This document shows, in pieces, positions 1 to 9,258 of a stretch of 28,524 bases of DNA. Source of the DNA: a virus (lineage: Duplodnaviria; Caudoviricetes); the IMG/VR virus record IMGVR_UViG_3300034410_000388, positions 1 through 28,524 of that record; one strand, 5' to 3'. How positions within the stretch are numbered: position 1 is the stretch's first letter; each line of letters begins with the position of its first letter. The position numbers and the translations under genes were made by a program. The notes beneath the pieces are model-generated. The model was not told the DNA's origin, made no database searches, and saw only the letters and a list, made by a program, of their open reading frames with translations.

Positions 1-87
1 CCCTTGTTTGGGACCCCACTGGAGGCTCGCCTAATGGCTGAGGCGTTAGGTTGTGAAGGCCACCATGCCCACGAGCTCAACGGGCGG
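1..87. repeat. Terminal direct repeat, left copy (circular assembly overlap)
   Basis: 1-87 matches 28438-28524 with 4 mismatches (positions 12, 18, 21, 33); 34-87 identical. Confidence 0.95.
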
Positions 88-147
88 GCGTTGTATATGC
101 CGTGCGACAACCACGAGCAGCTCGACCCCCTCTTGCCAAACGAATAA
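1..147 (+). CDS. C-terminal part of XkdF-like prohead protease (continues from 27838)
   Basis: Frame 1 reads PLFGTPLEARLMAEALGCEGHHAHELNGRALYMPCDNHEQLDPLLPNE*, in frame with the ORF running off the right end. Confidence 0.85.
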   Translation, partial: PLFGTPLEARLMAEALGCEGHHAHELNGRALYMPCDNHEQLDPLLPNE

Positions 148-181
148 AACCGCGTTATATCGACCGTTAGAAACTCCATCT

Positions 182-841
182 ATGTCCGTAATTGAGAAAC
201 TCAAAGAGGCTGTCCGGTCTGTCGTAGAGGCAGAGCGCCAAGACCTCTACGCCGAAGCCCGCCTAAATGATGGGCGCGTAATTGCCACCGAAGAAGAAGC
301 GTTCAGCGCGGGCGCCCCTGTTCGCGTTATAAGCGAGGACGGCGAAGCTGCTCCCCTGGAAGCTGGATCGTATCAACTCAGCGATGGCGGAAGCGTCACC
401 GTAGACGACAGTTCGCAGGTGGTCGAGATGATGGACGACAAAGAGGAGAAGACCGAAGCCGCCGAGGAAGAGGAGAAGGACGAAATGGCAGCGGTCAAGG
501 CCGCCCTCGTCGACAAGTTCCAAATCTCTCCAGAGGTAGCCGCCGAGATTGTCGAGGTAGTAAAGGAAGCTATGGCACCCGCTGAGGTCGAAGCCGAAGA
601 GGAGAAGAAAGAGGAGGAGATGGAAGAAGACAAGAAAGAAGAAATGTCTTCGCACCTCTCAGCAATTACCGACCAGATGACGGTCGCCCTTGAGGCCATC
701 AGCGCCCGCCTTGCGAAGCTCGAAGAGCAGCCCGCAGCAAACCCCGACCGCGTCCTTCCTAAGGCCGAGTTCAGCAAAGAAATTGATCCCAACCTCACCG
801 GCGTTGATCGCGCCTTCAACGTAATTTCCCAGTTCTCATGA
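182..841 (+). CDS. Capsid scaffolding protein
   Basis: Likely start ATG 182 (MSVIEKLK); very acidic, coiled-coil-like; between protease and capsid; ATGA overlap with capsid gene. Confidence 0.7.
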   Translation: MSVIEKLKEAVRSVVEAERQDLYAEARLNDGRVIATEEEAFSAGAPVRVISEDGEAAPLEAGSYQLSDGGSVTVDDSSQVVEMMDDKEEKTEAAEEEEKDEMAAVKAALVDKFQISPEVAAEIVEVVKEAMAPAEVEAEEEKKEEEMEEDKKEEMSSHLSAITDQMTVALEAISARLAKLEEQPAANPDRVLPKAEFSKEIDPNLTGVDRAFNVISQFS

Positions 842-1809
842 ATCCTGTAAAGAGTAAGAAGTACGACTTCGACATTACGGTGACCGACAACACCTACGCG
901 GGTGAGTTGGCATTGCCGTACGTTACCGCCGCCGTCACCGGTGCGGAAACCATCACCAACAACCGTTGCCGCCTCATCGAGGGCGTCGTCCATAAGGCGG
1001 TTATTTCCAACCTCGGACTCACCGACGTTATCCAAGCCGCCGATTGTGGAGGTTCGGACGGGGAGAACACCTCGCTTACCGAGCAGATTGTGACCTTGAA
1101 CGACTTGATGGTCAAGGAGACGATTTGTCGCAAGACTATCTTCCCAACGTTCATTGCGGCTCAAGGTCGTATGCGCCGGGACGGTCAGATTCCCCCTGCC
1201 TTCGCTGAGTTCTTGCTTTCCTCTGTATCTGCTAAGGCTGGACAGAACCTCGAAACCCTCTTGTGGGCCGGAGACGCTGCCGCCATTTGGGGCTTGGGTC
1301 TGTTGTCTAACGACGGAGTAATTGACGAGGCAGGTATCGACGCCTCTGCGATGGGTGCCTTCGCACAGGTACAAACTGCCGCCACCTTTACCGCCGGCAA
1401 TATCCTCGGCGAGATGGACAAGGTCTTCGCAGGTGTCGCCGCTACCCCCGGAATCATGCTGAAGCCCGGAGCCGGTTTCTACATCTCTTACGAGGCGTAT
1501 GCATTCTTCCAGCAGGCCCAAGCTGCGCAGAATACCGGAGCGGGATACAACCAGGACCTGAGCGGCGCAAGCTACCTCGGATACCCAGTGTACCCAACCG
1601 CAGGTATCGGAACGGCTGACGCGATTGCCTTTACCTATCCTGAGAACATCGTAGTCGGAACCAATGCCTACACAGGCAACGAGGCCGCTGCTTTGATTCC
1701 TGTCTATCAGTACGACGGTAGCGACAACGTGAAAGCCACGATGAACTTCGCCGTCGGTGTTAACGTAGCCGTGCCAACAGATGGCGTGGTTGGATTCGCA
1801 TTCACCTAA
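838..1809 (+). CDS. Major capsid protein
   Basis: 323 aa after protease and scaffold; YAGE..LPY, Q..DC, E..LW.GD pattern resembles Bacteroidota phage capsids. Confidence 0.8.
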   Translation: MNPVKSKKYDFDITVTDNTYAGELALPYVTAAVTGAETITNNRCRLIEGVVHKAVISNLGLTDVIQAADCGGSDGENTSLTEQIVTLNDLMVKETICRKTIFPTFIAAQGRMRRDGQIPPAFAEFLLSSVSAKAGQNLETLLWAGDAAAIWGLGLLSNDGVIDEAGIDASAMGAFAQVQTAATFTAGNILGEMDKVFAGVAATPGIMLKPGAGFYISYEAYAFFQQAQAAQNTGAGYNQDLSGASYLGYPVYPTAGIGTADAIAFTYPENIVVGTNAYTGNEAAALIPVYQYDGSDNVKATMNFAVGVNVAVPTDGVVGFAFT

Positions 1810-1812
1810 GAC

Positions 1813-2421
1813 ATGGCCTGTACTATCACCCTCGGCCGCGCGCTGGATTGCAAGGACGCCCTCGGTGGTCTCTCTCGGATTTATTTCGTGAGTGACTACG
1901 TGGACGGACTTGTGACCGCCGCCGGGACGGGTGATGGAACGGCAGGATCGGCAACGGTAGCGACCGCCAGCGGCGAGAGCTTCACCGTAACCGACCTCCC
2001 CGCGATGACTGTACTCCAGTACGACCTTCGCCCGGACTTGTCTTCCTTCACTGTTAACGTCCAATCTGACCCGGCTACGGGCGCGTCACTCTTTGAGCAG
2101 ACGTTGAACGTAGTCCTTCAGAAGCACCAAGAGCAAGACCCCGAACAACTGCGCCTCATCAGCCGCAACCGTTCTCAAATCTTTGTCTTGGATAATAACG
2201 ATAACGTCTTCCTCTTTGGAGCCACCTACGGGATGGATTTAAACGGGGGGACGCTAACTTCGGGAGCCGCTCGCAATGAGATGTCTGGCAGCACCATGAC
2301 CTTCGCCGGTCGGGAGCCTGCTCCGTACTACCTCCTCGAAGCTACCGCAGGCGTAGGCACGTCCGTTTATCCATTCGATGGACTGACTACACCCGCAAAC
2401 GTGACTATCACCACCGGTTGA
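1813..2421 (+). CDS. Major tail tube protein (putative)
   Basis: MAC.IT.GR.LDCKD..GG N-terminus, FEQTLN, DNN.N.FL.G..YG, SG.A...MSG; followed by a terminator. Confidence 0.65.
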   Translation: MACTITLGRALDCKDALGGLSRIYFVSDYVDGLVTAAGTGDGTAGSATVATASGESFTVTDLPAMTVLQYDLRPDLSSFTVNVQSDPATGASLFEQTLNVVLQKHQEQDPEQLRLISRNRSQIFVLDNNDNVFLFGATYGMDLNGGTLTSGAARNEMSGSTMTFAGREPAPYYLLEATAGVGTSVYPFDGLTTPANVTITTG

Positions 2422-2447
2422 GTCGTCGTTGACTTTGTGTGTTTTGG

Positions 2448-2475
2448 AAGGGGCTGCCATTGGCGGCCCTTTCTT
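2448..2475 (+). terminator. Intrinsic terminator after capsid and tail tube genes
   Basis: AAGGGCTGCC-ATT-GGCGGCCCTT hairpin followed by TCTT. Confidence 0.65.
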
Positions 2476-2490
2476 ATATCCACCTGTGAG

Positions 2491-3030
2491 ATGATTCTGG
2501 TCTTTAAGAACAATTCTGAGAGCGTAGCGAATACGATCTACATCACGCCCAAGGAAAAGCGGGGCGCGGCAAACGTCGCCGAGTACGGTCCGAATATCCT
2601 TGCGCTCGGTGTGGAGATTACCAGCCTTACCACGAACAAGGTGGCGATGGTCAACGCCTCATCGATTACCGTTACCGACCGATTCACCTCGCTTTCATTT
2701 GCCGCCGATACTGTCGCCGCAGACACCTCGGTAGACTTAAGCGGACCCTCATGGCCCGAAGGCTTTATCCAGTACCGCATCGTCGAGCGGGCGTCCTCGT
2801 CTGACGTCCAAGACATCACCAGCGCCGACGTAATCCTAGAGAAGGGATTGGGCTATCTTTCGCGGGGAGCACAGACGGGGATACTACTTACCGAATCCGG
2901 GAACTTCCTCACTCAGGAAGACGGCGGGTTACTATTAACAGAAGATGCCACGACAACGACGGAAGCGTACCAAGAGACAACCTACACCAGCGCAGCCGAC
3001 GCCGCCGAAACCTTCACCTACTATGAGTAA
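2491..3030 (+). CDS. Virion structural protein (neck/head closure candidate) with LTExG repeat peptide
   Basis: Likely start ATG 2491; beta-rich; between tube and portal; contains LLTESGNFLTQEDGGLLLTE. Confidence 0.55.
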   Translation: MILVFKNNSESVANTIYITPKEKRGAANVAEYGPNILALGVEITSLTTNKVAMVNASSITVTDRFTSLSFAADTVAADTSVDLSGPSWPEGFIQYRIVERASSSDVQDITSADVILEKGLGYLSRGAQTGILLTESGNFLTQEDGGLLLTEDATTTTEAYQETTYTSAADAAETFTYYE

Positions 3031-4789
3031 GCACGAGTTCAACGTCTTCGGACTGCCTACGCACGAGCTGCCTCTGTTTACGGAGAAGATGGGCCGCGAT
3101 TGGGTGGACTACGGCTTCGACAATCAATACGGCGACTACCTCCGGGACCTGTACCTCGGTTCGAGTATTCAGGCCGCTGTGGTGAACGGCGTCTCGGAGA
3201 TGATTTACGGCGATGGCCTAGACGCTACCGACAGGGAGGAGAAGCCGGAACAGTGGCTCAAGACGCAGAAGCTCTTGGAGAACTCCGACGACGATATTAT
3301 GCGCCAACTGTGCTTCGATTTGAAGCTGTACGGGCAATGCTACGTCCAAGTTATTTGGAACCGCGTCAGGACGGAGGTAGCCGAGATGCGGTTCTTGCCA
3401 GCGCATACGGTACGGACGGGCATTGCCGACAGTCAGGGGCGCGTGGATTGCTACTACGTCAGTCCGGACTGGTCACGGATGCGGGAGCCCCGCTTCGCGC
3501 CGGTCAAATACCCCGCGCTGGATTTAGAGGATCGCAGCGAGGCGGCGGTAGTGTATCAAATTAAAGCCTACCAACCCGGGATCTTCTACTACGGTCTACC
3601 CGATTACGTGGGAGCTACCAACTACGTCGAACTCGACAGAGAAATCAGTTCGTTCCACCTGAACAACATCCGCAACGGCCTCTTCCCTTCTATGTTGTTG
3701 TCGTTCAATAACGGCGTGCCCACGGACGAGGAGAGGAGGACGATAGAAAGGCATGTCAACGACAAGTTCAGCGGATCGGGCAACGCCGGGCGACTGCTTA
3801 TTTCGTTTAACGATGGCAGCGACAGCGCACCGCAGTTGACCCCCGTCAACCCCAACGACAACGACGGGATGTATGAGTTCCTCGCCAAGGAATGCACCAC
3901 AAAAATATTGGCAGGCCATAGGGTAACCTCTCCCCTGCTGTTCGGTATCCGTGGTGATGGGAGCGGGTTTGGCAATAACGCCGAGGAATTGCGCGACGCC
4001 TTCAGCCTCTTCCAGAATACCGTTATCAAGCCCTACCAGCGGACCCTGTTGGATGGTCTCCAGGTCATCTTCAACGTCAACGGCATCAACCTCGACTTCT
4101 ACTTCAAGACTTTGAAGCCTGCCGACTTTATCGACGTGGAAGCGGTCAAAGCGCAAACGGTTGACGAGCAAGAGAAGGAAGGTATCGAGCAGGAGTTCAG
4201 CGCAACCGAACGGGACTTGAACCCCGCCGCCGATTGGTTGCTTGACCGTGGCGAAGACGAGGACGAAGAATACGAGCTCATAGATGAGCGGGAGGTCGAT
4301 TACGACAGGGAGCAAGAGTTTGACGCGCTGTGGACCTTTGCGCGTGTGCCCTCATCGAACCCTGCCGGCAAGTCCGAGCAAGACACCGACCTCATCAAGG
4401 TCCGGTACTCCTACGCTGGCTCTCAGCCCGATGACAAGAGTCGGCAGTTCTGTCGTAAGATGATGAACGCGAAGAAGGTCTACAGGAAGGAAGACATCCT
4501 CGGAGCCTCAAACCGCGCGGTCAATCCCGGATGGGGGCCAGAGGGCGCCAATACCTACAACCTATTCTTTTATAAGGGAGGTGGGTCATGTCGTCACTTC
4601 TGGAGCCGCAGGACGTACCTCAAGAAGAACAACAAGAAGGTCAGCGTTAACCAAGCGCAGAAGATAATCCGCGCCGCCGGGCCCGATGCGGAACGGCTAC
4701 AGCCTAACGACCCGAAGGTCGCCCAGCGCCCCCGCGATATGGTGAACCGTGGCTTCCTCGAACCCCGTGACTTTACAACTCCGAGATAA
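3023..4789 (+). CDS. Portal protein with C-terminal MuF-like extension
   Basis: Likely start ATG 3023; portal-like DLKLYGQCY, YYGLPDY, NNIRNGLFPS, KFSGSGNAG, ILAGHRV; basic tail with SRQFC and GGGSCRHFW. Confidence 0.85.
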   Translation: MSKHEFNVFGLPTHELPLFTEKMGRDWVDYGFDNQYGDYLRDLYLGSSIQAAVVNGVSEMIYGDGLDATDREEKPEQWLKTQKLLENSDDDIMRQLCFDLKLYGQCYVQVIWNRVRTEVAEMRFLPAHTVRTGIADSQGRVDCYYVSPDWSRMREPRFAPVKYPALDLEDRSEAAVVYQIKAYQPGIFYYGLPDYVGATNYVELDREISSFHLNNIRNGLFPSMLLSFNNGVPTDEERRTIERHVNDKFSGSGNAGRLLISFNDGSDSAPQLTPVNPNDNDGMYEFLAKECTTKILAGHRVTSPLLFGIRGDGSGFGNNAEELRDAFSLFQNTVIKPYQRTLLDGLQVIFNVNGINLDFYFKTLKPADFIDVEAVKAQTVDEQEKEGIEQEFSATERDLNPAADWLLDRGEDEDEEYELIDEREVDYDREQEFDALWTFARVPSSNPAGKSEQDTDLIKVRYSYAGSQPDDKSRQFCRKMMNAKKVYRKEDILGASNRAVNPGWGPEGANTYNLFFYKGGGSCRHFWSRRTYLKKNNKKVSVNQAQKIIRAAGPDAERLQPNDPKVAQRPRDMVNRGFLEPRDFTTPR

Positions 4790-5355
4790 TGGCGAACCTC
4801 ATCCTCTTTATTTCTCCGGCGAAGCTCAAGAAGGAGACCGCCCTCGGTGGATCTGTCGACGACGAAATCCTACAGCCGTACATTCGACTGGCTCAGGAGA
4901 TGCACATCCTCCCTACGCTAGGACAAAGCCTATACGACGACCTCGTCGCCAAGGTGACCGCGGGAACGATTACCGGCGCCGACGAGACGCTGATGGACTC
5001 GTATATCGCCCCGGCGCTTGTCCAGTTGGCGTTTTCTGAGGCGCTGCCATTCATCCGCGTGCGCATCGTAAACAACGGCGTCACGGTGATGGACTCTGAG
5101 CAATCGACCGCCGCCACCTACGGCGATATGAAACCCCTCATGAACCGATCGAAGGACTTGGGGCTGTTCCATATCGAGCGCCTCATCGACTACCTAGACA
5201 ATAACTCCGGCCTCTTTCCGGAGCTGGACGCCGAGGGGCCGGGCGAGCTCTGCCGGACGGTAAGGAATTACACGCAGGGGTTGAACGTCTACCCCAATTT
5301 CCGCGACGACAAACTCATCGAGCGCATTTTGCGCGATTACGGCATTCGGTATTGA
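4789..5355 (+). CDS. Head-tail adaptor/connector protein (putative)
   Basis: 188 aa helical protein coupled to portal (TAATG); I..AQ..HI.P.LG..LY motif. Confidence 0.6.
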   Translation: MANLILFISPAKLKKETALGGSVDDEILQPYIRLAQEMHILPTLGQSLYDDLVAKVTAGTITGADETLMDSYIAPALVQLAFSEALPFIRVRIVNNGVTVMDSEQSTAATYGDMKPLMNRSKDLGLFHIERLIDYLDNNSGLFPELDAEGPGELCRTVRNYTQGLNVYPNFRDDKLIERILRDYGIRY

Positions 5356-5510
5356 TGACAGCCGAAGAGAAACTCGCCGACTATATCCAACAACGAGATG
5401 GCAAACAGCAAAATTTCAGAGCTTTCCGAATTGACTACCGTCGCAAACGACGACGTCCTGGCAATCGTAGACGACTCAGCAAGCGAGACGAAGAAGATCA
5501 GCTTCGCTAA
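5355..5510 (+). CDS. Possible small basic protein, 51 aa (not in ORF track)
   Basis: TGATG coupling to adaptor; MTAEEKLADYIQQRDGKQQ...; overlaps the fibre gene in another frame. Confidence 0.3.
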   Translation: MTAEEKLADYIQQRDGKQQNFRAFRIDYRRKRRRPGNRRRLSKRDEEDQLR

Positions 5511-6825
5511 CCTATCCGCAGGTATCAGCGTAGGCAATGCGACACAGCTCCAATTCACGGCGTTAAACAATACCGGCTCTACCATTACGAAGGGTTCGGC
5601 GGTCTATGTCTCCGGGCATACCTCAGAGACGCAGGTAGCCGACGCAGACAATACGTCCGCGGCTTCGATGCCGGCGTTTGGCATTGTCTCCGACGACATC
5701 TTAAACGGAGCCACGGGAACCATCGTAATCGGTGGGGAGGTAAGCGGAATCAACACCTCGTCTTTCAGTGTTGGCGACGAGCTCTATGTCGGCACGGCGG
5801 GAGCCCTGACAGCGACCAAGCCCACGGGGACGGCACTCATTCAGAAAATCGGTAAAGTCACCAAGGCCGCCGCATCGGGTGAGCTGCTCGTAACGGGAGC
5901 GGGACGAAGTAACGACCTGCCCAACTTGCCCGACGGGAATATCTGGATTGGCGACTCGTCAGGCGTACCCCAAGACAAGACGCTCACGGCAGGTACGAAC
6001 GTGACGATAACGGAGGACGCCACGACGGTAACCATTGCGGCAACGGGTGCGGGTGGAGCGTCTGACCTTGACGACTTGACGGACGTCACAATCACCGGTA
6101 CCCCTGGGGCCGGCGAGGTGCTCATCAATAACGCCACTACGGGACAGTTCGTAAACTCGACCCTTACGGCGGGAACGAATGTCACCATAACGGAGGCCGA
6201 TGGAAGTATCACCATCGCCTCTACGGGTGGAGGTGCTGCCGACCTTGACGACCTTACCGATGTCACGATAACAGGCACACCGGGCAACGGGGAGCTTCTC
6301 ATTTCTCAAACCGACGGCACCTTCGTCAACTCCACCCTAACGGCGGGGCCTTCGGGTTTTGTGCGGATCACCAACGCCAGCGGACAAATCACCATTGGAG
6401 CCGGCGACGGTACCGAGGTGGAGTACTTGGTGCGCTCGACAGCGGTATCTACGGCAGGCGATGTCGAAGGAAACATCGTAAAGTTCGGCACGACGACAGG
6501 CATGACCGCCGGCGACGTGTACGTCTGGAACGGCACTAATTGGGTGCAGGTAGACGGCGACGCCGACACCACTACGAAGGGACTAATGGGCGTGGCCCTT
6601 GGTGCCAGCTCTGCCGATGACGGGCTTCTGACTCACGGGGTGGCGTACCTCTCGCACGATCCCGGCGCGGCAGGAGATATCCTCTATGTCGATACGGTTA
6701 CGGCGGGATATTTGACGGCTACACAACCCAGCGCGACGGGCGACTTCGTGCGTGTGGCGGGGTACTGCTTGGCTGACAACAAGGTCTTTTTCTCACCCTC
6801 TCAAGACTTTATCGAAGTTGGCTGA
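5398..6825 (+). CDS. Fibre/appendage protein with internal repeats
   Basis: MANSKISEL N-terminus, Gly/Thr-rich, two similar cement-like domains flanking 2.5 copies of a ~60-aa repeat. Confidence 0.75.
   Translation: MANSKISELSELTTVANDDVLAIVDDSASETKKISFANLSAGISVGNATQLQFTALNNTGSTITKGSAVYVSGHTSETQVADADNTSAASMPAFGIVSDDILNGATGTIVIGGEVSGINTSSFSVGDELYVGTAGALTATKPTGTALIQKIGKVTKAAASGELLVTGAGRSNDLPNLPDGNIWIGDSSGVPQDKTLTAGTNVTITEDATTVTIAATGAGGASDLDDLTDVTITGTPGAGEVLINNATTGQFVNSTLTAGTNVTITEADGSITIASTGGGAADLDDLTDVTITGTPGNGELLISQTDGTFVNSTLTAGPSGFVRITNASGQITIGAGDGTEVEYLVRSTAVSTAGDVEGNIVKFGTTTGMTAGDVYVWNGTNWVQVDGDADTTTKGLMGVALGASSADDGLLTHGVAYLSHDPGAAGDILYVDTVTAGYLTATQPSATGDFVRVAGYCLADNKVFFSPSQDFIEVG
5980..6395 (+). 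repeat. Intragenic tandem repeat of ~180 bp
   Basis: TLTAGTNVTITE...DLDDLTDVTITGTPG.GE.LI...G.FVNS units start at 5980 and 6160, with a partial unit at 6334. Confidence 0.9.
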
Positions 6826-7813
6826 TATCAGTAAAATTAACGCGGTCGCCCTTGCTGACGTGGCCAAGGTGGACGCGGTGCTCAAGGCTGACATCGCGAA
6901 CATCAACGGCCTCATTATTCCGAGTGCTGCGGTCGGCACCCCTGCGGCTGCATATTCCGTGCGTCTACTCGATAGCTCCGTGGGTGTTCCTACCTATACG
7001 GGGGCTTGTATGCGCGTCCGTCGGGACTCGGACAACGTTGAGGCCGATGTGGGCTTCGACTCCAATGATGAGTTGAGCCTAACGTCACCGATTTCCAACA
7101 CCAGCGACGCGCAGAGCTACACGGACTTCGCGGATTTTGTGGATCATACTGGAATCCCTGCGAATGGTTACGTCCGCAAATGGTATGATCAGAGCTCAAA
7201 CACAAACGACGCAGAGCAATCCGTGTCAACCATCCAGCCGCAGATTTACAACGGCAGTGCGGTAATCACACAAGGCACGAACAACAACGCGGCTGTCTAT
7301 TTTGACAGTGATGCTCTTGAGACTATTTCTGCCATTTACACAGGTGACGCAACACTGGACTGGTTTTTGGTGGAAAATAGTCAGGACAACGTCACCTCCT
7401 CAGGCAAGGCCGCTATGGGCATTGTGGCGGATACATATGCGTCAGACCGCCGTAACCTATCCCACTTAAGTAATGAAACCACCACGCAAGCGGCGGTCAG
7501 GTTCTTTGGAGGCAATACAACCTATTCAAACACAAATCAAGGCTACAGGTTAAGCAACATAAATTATCAAGGCGGCGGTGGCGCCTTCGACGCACGAATC
7601 AACGGCGTAGCTTTGACGCAAACAGGCAGCAGCAACATCGGCCTAAATCTGCAAAGTGCACAGTCTCATTATATTGGCGCAAGCGCTCAAGCCAATATTA
7701 ATTTGAATCCTGGCGAACACTATGTCAGCGAAGTAATTATGTACACAACAGACCAAAGCACAAACCGCAGCGGCATTGAAATCAACATGAACGGATTCTT
7801 TCAGATTTATTAA
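6818..7813 (+). CDS. Receptor-binding/fibre tip protein, concanavalin A/LamG-like
   Basis: Likely TTG start 6818 (MADISKINAV); AAAYSVRLL..YTG.CMRVRRDSDN.E.D.GF and WYDQS motifs of the arabinofuranosidase-B-like/LamG lectin family. Confidence 0.7.
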   Translation: MADISKINAVALADVAKVDAVLKADIANINGLIIPSAAVGTPAAAYSVRLLDSSVGVPTYTGACMRVRRDSDNVEADVGFDSNDELSLTSPISNTSDAQSYTDFADFVDHTGIPANGYVRKWYDQSSNTNDAEQSVSTIQPQIYNGSAVITQGTNNNAAVYFDSDALETISAIYTGDATLDWFLVENSQDNVTSSGKAAMGIVADTYASDRRNLSHLSNETTTQAAVRFFGGNTTYSNTNQGYRLSNINYQGGGGAFDARINGVALTQTGSSNIGLNLQSAQSHYIGASAQANINLNPGEHYVSEVIMYTTDQSTNRSGIEINMNGFFQIY

Positions 7814-8220
7814 TGGCTACCGTATACCTCCCCGTCGAAGCGACCATCCCCGGCATGACGTCGAAAGAACGTGCCTACGCTATAAACGCCGAGGTGTGGG
7901 CGTTGCTCCGTCCGGCTTCCCTCCAACTGCCGCAGGACACGAAATACAAGTATCCGCAAATCACCCACCCCACCACAGGACAGGAGGCCATTCAAGGGGA
8001 CACCACCGAGGACATCTACATTCACCCCGACGTAGACCTGACGAATATGCTCGCCCTCCTGCCTGAAGTACCGCAAGAGGAGAAGGACGGACTCGTCATG
8101 TTCATCGATGCGAACCGTGGCGGAACGGTTGCCTTCGGGCAGTTGATCCCGTCCACCTCCGAGCAGTTGACGCAAGAGGAGGCCGAGGCCCTCGGATGGC
8201 TGCCGGACATCGAACCGTAA
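7813..8220 (+). CDS. Hypothetical protein (fibre-associated)
   Basis: TAATG coupling; 135 aa, acidic. Confidence 0.65.
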   Translation: MATVYLPVEATIPGMTSKERAYAINAEVWALLRPASLQLPQDTKYKYPQITHPTTGQEAIQGDTTEDIYIHPDVDLTNMLALLPEVPQEEKDGLVMFIDANRGGTVAFGQLIPSTSEQLTQEEAEALGWLPDIEP

Positions 8221-8221
8221 G

Positions 8222-8245
8222 ACCTTTCCCATATTCGAGGGTATG
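8222..8245 (+). promoter_or_regulatory. Putative late promoter motif abutting start codon
   Basis: ACCTTTCCCATATTCGAGGGT-ATG aligns without gaps to ACCTTTCGTCTATTTGATAGC-GTG at 18942. Confidence 0.45.
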
Positions 8246-8449
8246 GACGCTCTTACGACATTCGAAATCCTGAGCCTAGCGGGGGCCATTATCGGAGTAT
8301 ATACCAAGCTCACCCAAGAGATTGGGAAATTGAAGGGCCGCGTGGTGGCATTGGAGAAGACCGAGACCGAAGTCAAGGCCATGTTGACGGAGCTGCTGGC
8401 CTCGGTGCAGGAGATTAAGATTCTGCTCGCAAAGAAGGGCATCGAATGA
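8243..8449 (+). CDS. Small membrane-anchored coiled-coil protein (holin/antiholin-like)
   Basis: N-terminal hydrophobic helix then heptad pattern; directly before endolysin. Confidence 0.55.
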   Translation: MDALTTFEILSLAGAIIGVYTKLTQEIGKLKGRVVALEKTETEVKAMLTELLASVQEIKILLAKKGIE

Positions 8450-8799
8450 AGTGGTTCACCTACGAGGAGTTTGACTCGCCTGACGTTCCGGGCTCAGGGC
8501 ATCAGATGCGCGACGAGTTCCTGGAGCGGCTGGATATGGCCCGCGAAATAAGCGGGGTGCCCTTTCGCATCAATTCGGGGATGAGGTCATACGACTATAA
8601 TCAAAAGGTCGGAGGCACTCCCAACTCTTCCCACCTCATCGGATGGGCGGCGGATATTTCGGCTACCTCTTCGAACCGGCGCTTCGTCATAGTCAAGGCC
8701 CTGATGGAGGTCGGGTTCAACAGAATCGGAATCGGCGACACGTTCGTCCACGTCGATTGTGACCCGGACAAAGTCGAGAATGTCATCTGGTTATATTGA
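8446..8799 (+). CDS. Endolysin, peptidase M15 family
   Basis: SG.R...N..VGG..NSSH..G.AADI and FVHVD zinc-peptidase motifs. Confidence 0.88.
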   Translation: MKWFTYEEFDSPDVPGSGHQMRDEFLERLDMAREISGVPFRINSGMRSYDYNQKVGGTPNSSHLIGWAADISATSSNRRFVIVKALMEVGFNRIGIGDTFVHVDCDPDKVENVIWLY

Positions 8800-8806
8800 G
8801 AGGTAG

Positions 8807-9049
8807 ATGATCGACACACTCGACACCCTCACCGCAGTCATAGACACCGTCGCTACGGTCGTCGTCCTTGACCCTGTAATCCTCGACCCCATGGAACCTT
8901 GGTACGTAACGCATTACGTAGAGCTCATTTTCATTGCTCTCGCCGCAGCTAAAGCCGTCCTCAATCTCGTCCCCAGCGAGAAGCCGCTTGTCATCTTCGG
9001 ATACATCGACACCCTCATTGGGTTGATCTTTAAGGACCGCAGGAAGTGA
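8807..9049 (+). CDS. Small membrane protein (holin candidate)
   Basis: Hydrophobic segments, basic C-terminus KDRRK, lysis context. Confidence 0.5.
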   Translation: MIDTLDTLTAVIDTVATVVVLDPVILDPMEPWYVTHYVELIFIALAAAKAVLNLVPSEKPLVIFGYIDTLIGLIFKDRRK

Positions 9050-9258
9050 AGCGGCTGTCCTTCCTCAAGGGGTTGGACATTACCGAAGCATTCAAGACTA
9101 AAGGCGACCTGAAGCGGTGGAGCGCAAAGCGTACCATCGGGGGGGTCCTCGCTTTCACCGCCTCGGAAGTCATCCTCGTTCACGGTATCTCGTGGCCTGC
9201 CGTTGCGCTGGCTGCCGTCGCTGTCGTACCCGTTACGGCGTCAATGTTTGAGCGATGA
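9046..9258 (+). CDS. Two-TM membrane protein (holin candidate)
   Basis: K.S.KR followed by two hydrophobic helices; lysis context. Confidence 0.55.
   Translation: MKRLSFLKGLDITEAFKTKGDLKRWSAKRTIGGVLAFTASEVILVHGISWPAVALAAVAVVPVTASMFER

Noticed and set aside
373-2064. 563-aa minus-strand ORF and the many other antisense ORFs
   Set aside because: Shadows of GC-rich plus-strand genes; no motifs, promoters or coupling
5398-7813. Diversity-generating retroelement or invertible fibre system
   Set aside because: No reverse transcriptase or invertase, and no template/variable repeat pair with adenine-specific mismatches
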